Positions 60,972-64,000 of a stretch of 64,000 nucleotides of DNA are shown one piece after another. The DNA is from Macrostomum lignano (lineage: Eukaryota). The stretch's first letter is position 1, and each line of letters begins with the position of its first letter. A program made the position numbers and the translations under genes. The stretch is from contig NIVC01002897.1 in assembly GCA_002269645.1 (NCBI GenBank), positions 62,001-126,000 of the forward strand, in the 5' to 3' direction. Under the pieces are notes generated by a model. The model ran no database searches. It was not told the origin of the DNA and worked only from the letters and a program-made list of their open reading frames with translations.

Positions 60972-63750
60972 ATTTTAGCCATTTAGGTATGCAATTTTAG
61001 GTATGCAATTTAGGTATGCAATTTTTTAAATAGCTAGGCCTGCCTAGTTTACTGTTTAGGGCCTATTTTATTTGATTCATTATTGTTAATGAATATAATT
61101 TTTACAATACTTAAGGCTTAAGCCAAGGATGAGGTTGTTTAAAAATTATTTAATTAGGCCTATTCTAATGGTTTCATTACTGTATGTTTTTTATATTGCA
61201 GTAGGCCTATGTAATTAAGGGGAGCAAGATAATTTCCTTGGCTTGGGTTTCCGATTCTGCCTAATAGCCCACAACCCAACCCATCGGCCAACCCATGCAA
61301 AGCCTGCAAGTAAGATGTGAGTTATGTGACACAAAGACTAAAAGTTTTCTAGAAAACAATATTGCTAAGGGAACACTTTGCTGAAGGAAACTCCAGCGGG
61401 AAGCCCATTAGCGGGAAAACTCATAGATAGGTAATAGATTCGGCTAGTATTTATTTAAAACATTACAGATAATAATAAAAATAAATGTTGAAGTAGTTCC
61501 AAGATAGTAGTAGTAGTAAATTTGGCTCAGGCTTAAGGAGCCTGTTTTGGCAGTATAATCCGATGTATTTAGTATTTGTTCAAAAGGTTAAATTTTTACA
61601 CGAGTTACGATGCGAGTTACGATATTTGTAAAAGTAAGGTATTTGAAAGAGCGTCTAGAGTTTTATTTGTAAAAAGATGTAGTATTTTACGATTAACGAT
61701 TATAAAGTCAGTTGAAAAAAGTTTTTTCTTTCTGAGAAATCTGCACTTACTTTAAACAACAAGGTTGTATGTACAAGAAAAAAACGGTTTTTTATTAGAT
61801 ATGAGGTAGTTACCGATTGTTATATTTCTATTAAAGTAATATATGATACATGCTAGAAACTAAGATAGTAGACAACTGTAACGCCATTCCTTTAGCATTT
61901 ATGCTTTTGTACTTCCATTTTCTGATAATAATCCTAAATTATAATATCAGGGTTAACCTAACAAAAGCAGTTTTACTTTACATACTAAAGCAATTCAAGA
62001 TGAAGCAAACATGGGCATATACCCAAGTTGTGCTAGGAGTGTTAGTGTTGAAAGAAACAAGACAGAAAACCTTGGTTAAAATTTAAAAACAAACAAAACG
62101 TGCGAAAAAACATTTGCTCTATGTAGAGCAAGAAACGCAAGTGTATTCTTTCGGTATTTTACTATTTTTCGTATAAAAGTGTTTTATACAAGAATAGTAT
62201 AGAATAAAGGAGTGGTTATTTAGTCAATAGCTGCAGTCATGGCAATTGGCAAAGTTGATATGAACTTGTTTACGAAATTGGAATATGGAAAATCAGTCCT
62301 AAAGTTAAGTTGTTAAGTTAAGTTGTGCGCATCGTTAAAAAACTGGAAAAAGAGTTTGAATCCGTAGCACTTATAAAAAATGGAATAAGAATTACTAAGA
62401 CAAAATTATTACATGTATACCAATATAAAATCGGTGTACATTACAGATCGCAAATATATAACATACATGTATATTACATTTAACGTCCATATTCATGTAC
62501 ATGAGCGCTTAGATAAAACGGTAAAATTGAATATTAGTTAGGCACACTAAAAACTTTCAAATAGCATGACTGCTATATGTATTTGGACTTTGAACAAAAA
62601 AAATTAACAACTGCTTACAATAGACCATTACCATACCTTAACACTACTGTAAAGCCGAAAAAAGTTGTTATAAAAAAGAATAAACTAAAATAGACCTGAT
62701 TCCGAAGCCAGACAACTGAATAGCTGTAAATACCTCTTATTCTTAACGTCCATTTCTGCACTGTACCTGGGGGGTACTAAAAAATTAAAGAAAATTATCT
62801 TTTTAACAGTACTTTTCTTTGAAAGTAAAACATATTAATCTGCACAGAGGTCTAGGGATGTACATATGTACATGTACAACTGTACACTGTACTTTAGAAG
62901 TAAACACTGTACACTGTACTTTTTAGTAGCTATAAATAAATGCGAAATTCTACTGTTTGGGGCTTCACAGAGTCGCTGAAGGCGCACCTAAATAAGTTTT
63001 AAATTTAAAATCAAATAAGACGGTGGCGTTCTGAATAGATGTAATTGGTTTAATTGATTTGCGATAATAGTACAGGAGCAAATTTAATTTGACAGCTAAT
63101 AAAAAAGCGATTGCTCAATGGAAAGAAAAGTACAATGATTATATCGATAGAAAAAATAATCATGGAATTTTCACGTGTATTAACGGCATATATCTAGCAC
63201 TAGCCAAGACAGCAATTTTAGAAATCGCTTTGGTACTAAAATACTTCGTTAAAATTGATTTTGTCAAAATTGTACTTATATTTTAATATAGGCGACCTTA
63301 ATTCATTGCACTACTCGTACATCGAAACTACAAAATCTTTGGCACTTTCTTCAACAATTAATCTGAGTGTGTATATTATTTAGATTTCTGATCTATTGAA
63401 TATTTCTGGCTCGACATAAATATGTTGATTTTAATTGCTACTTACAGTAGTTGGTAGTATAGTATCTAACAGAAGGTAAAATTATGTCAACAAATGGGTT
63501 GCGATTTTTTCCCATTCTGGAATAAAATGGGTTGCGAAAATTGACAATTTTCTCCAATTCTGGACTTCCGGTGAGCAAATCAACGTGCATGGCTTCACAA
63601 CTTTTGGACTTTTAAAAATAAAAATACTACCGGAGACAAGCACAATTGCTTGAAACTAATTTTGATTTCATCTTTTTTACGTCTATCTCACCCATGTACT
63701 TTTCCTACACGCATCTGAATAATATATTAATATCATTTTTTTATATATTT

Positions 63751-63846
63751 AATAAACTCGTGTGATTGTGTGAACCAATTTTAAATCAATGTATACTCTA
63801 GTTAATAAACTCGTGTGAACCAATTTTAAATCAATGTATACTCTAG
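63751..63846. repeat. Short ~50-bp tandem duplication
   Basis: AATAAACTCGTGTG...AACCAATTTTAAATCAATGTATACTCTAG occurs twice. Confidence 0.85.
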
Positions 63847-64000
63847 ATACGCTTTAAAAAAACCCAGAAGTTGAGAAAATAATCTATTAATTAAAAATTT
63901 ATCTCACAGAGGAATTCCAAAGCTAAATCTCAAACCTCTAATATTTTTGCTTGTATTTTTTGCGCGATGCTATCCAGCCTATCCTTCGTTGTTAATCGAA

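Overview
This is eukaryotic (animal) genomic DNA, not prokaryotic. GC-rich exons sit among dozens of micro- and minisatellite arrays. The style (arrays in nearly every intron, polyQ tails, innexin and myosuppressin-type GPCR) suggests an invertebrate, plausibly a free-living flatworm such as Macrostomum; this taxon call is inference only. Four spliced protein-coding genes can be rebuilt with phase-consistent GT-AG junctions. They are an innexin (+, join 18750..19059,26206..27290), a myosuppressin/DMSR-like peptide GPCR (+, join 37161..38054,38293..38550,38815..39093), CDK8 (-, exons 51425..50763, 48657..48275, 47561..47282, 46077..45799) and TOPORS (-, 56822..56036, 55365..53831). Mobile DNA includes two head-to-tail non-autonomous Helitrons (9004..16263) that share a chassis but carry different satellites, extra Helitron 5' ends, four copies of a tRNA-headed CORE-like SINE, a foldback element and a small MITE. 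The most notable observations are: CDK8 has no in-frame ATG, but an in-frame splice acceptor could receive the terminal AUG of a flatworm spliced leader, possibly in a TOPORS-CDK8 operon; the satellite-swapping Helitron pair contains a tRNA-like module; a GPCR intron is flanked by a direct repeat containing AG|GT; and a CpG-decay domain lies at about 57-61 kb. Almost all long ORFs in the supplied track are artefacts of tandem repeats. No CRISPR array, rRNA or intact tRNA was found.
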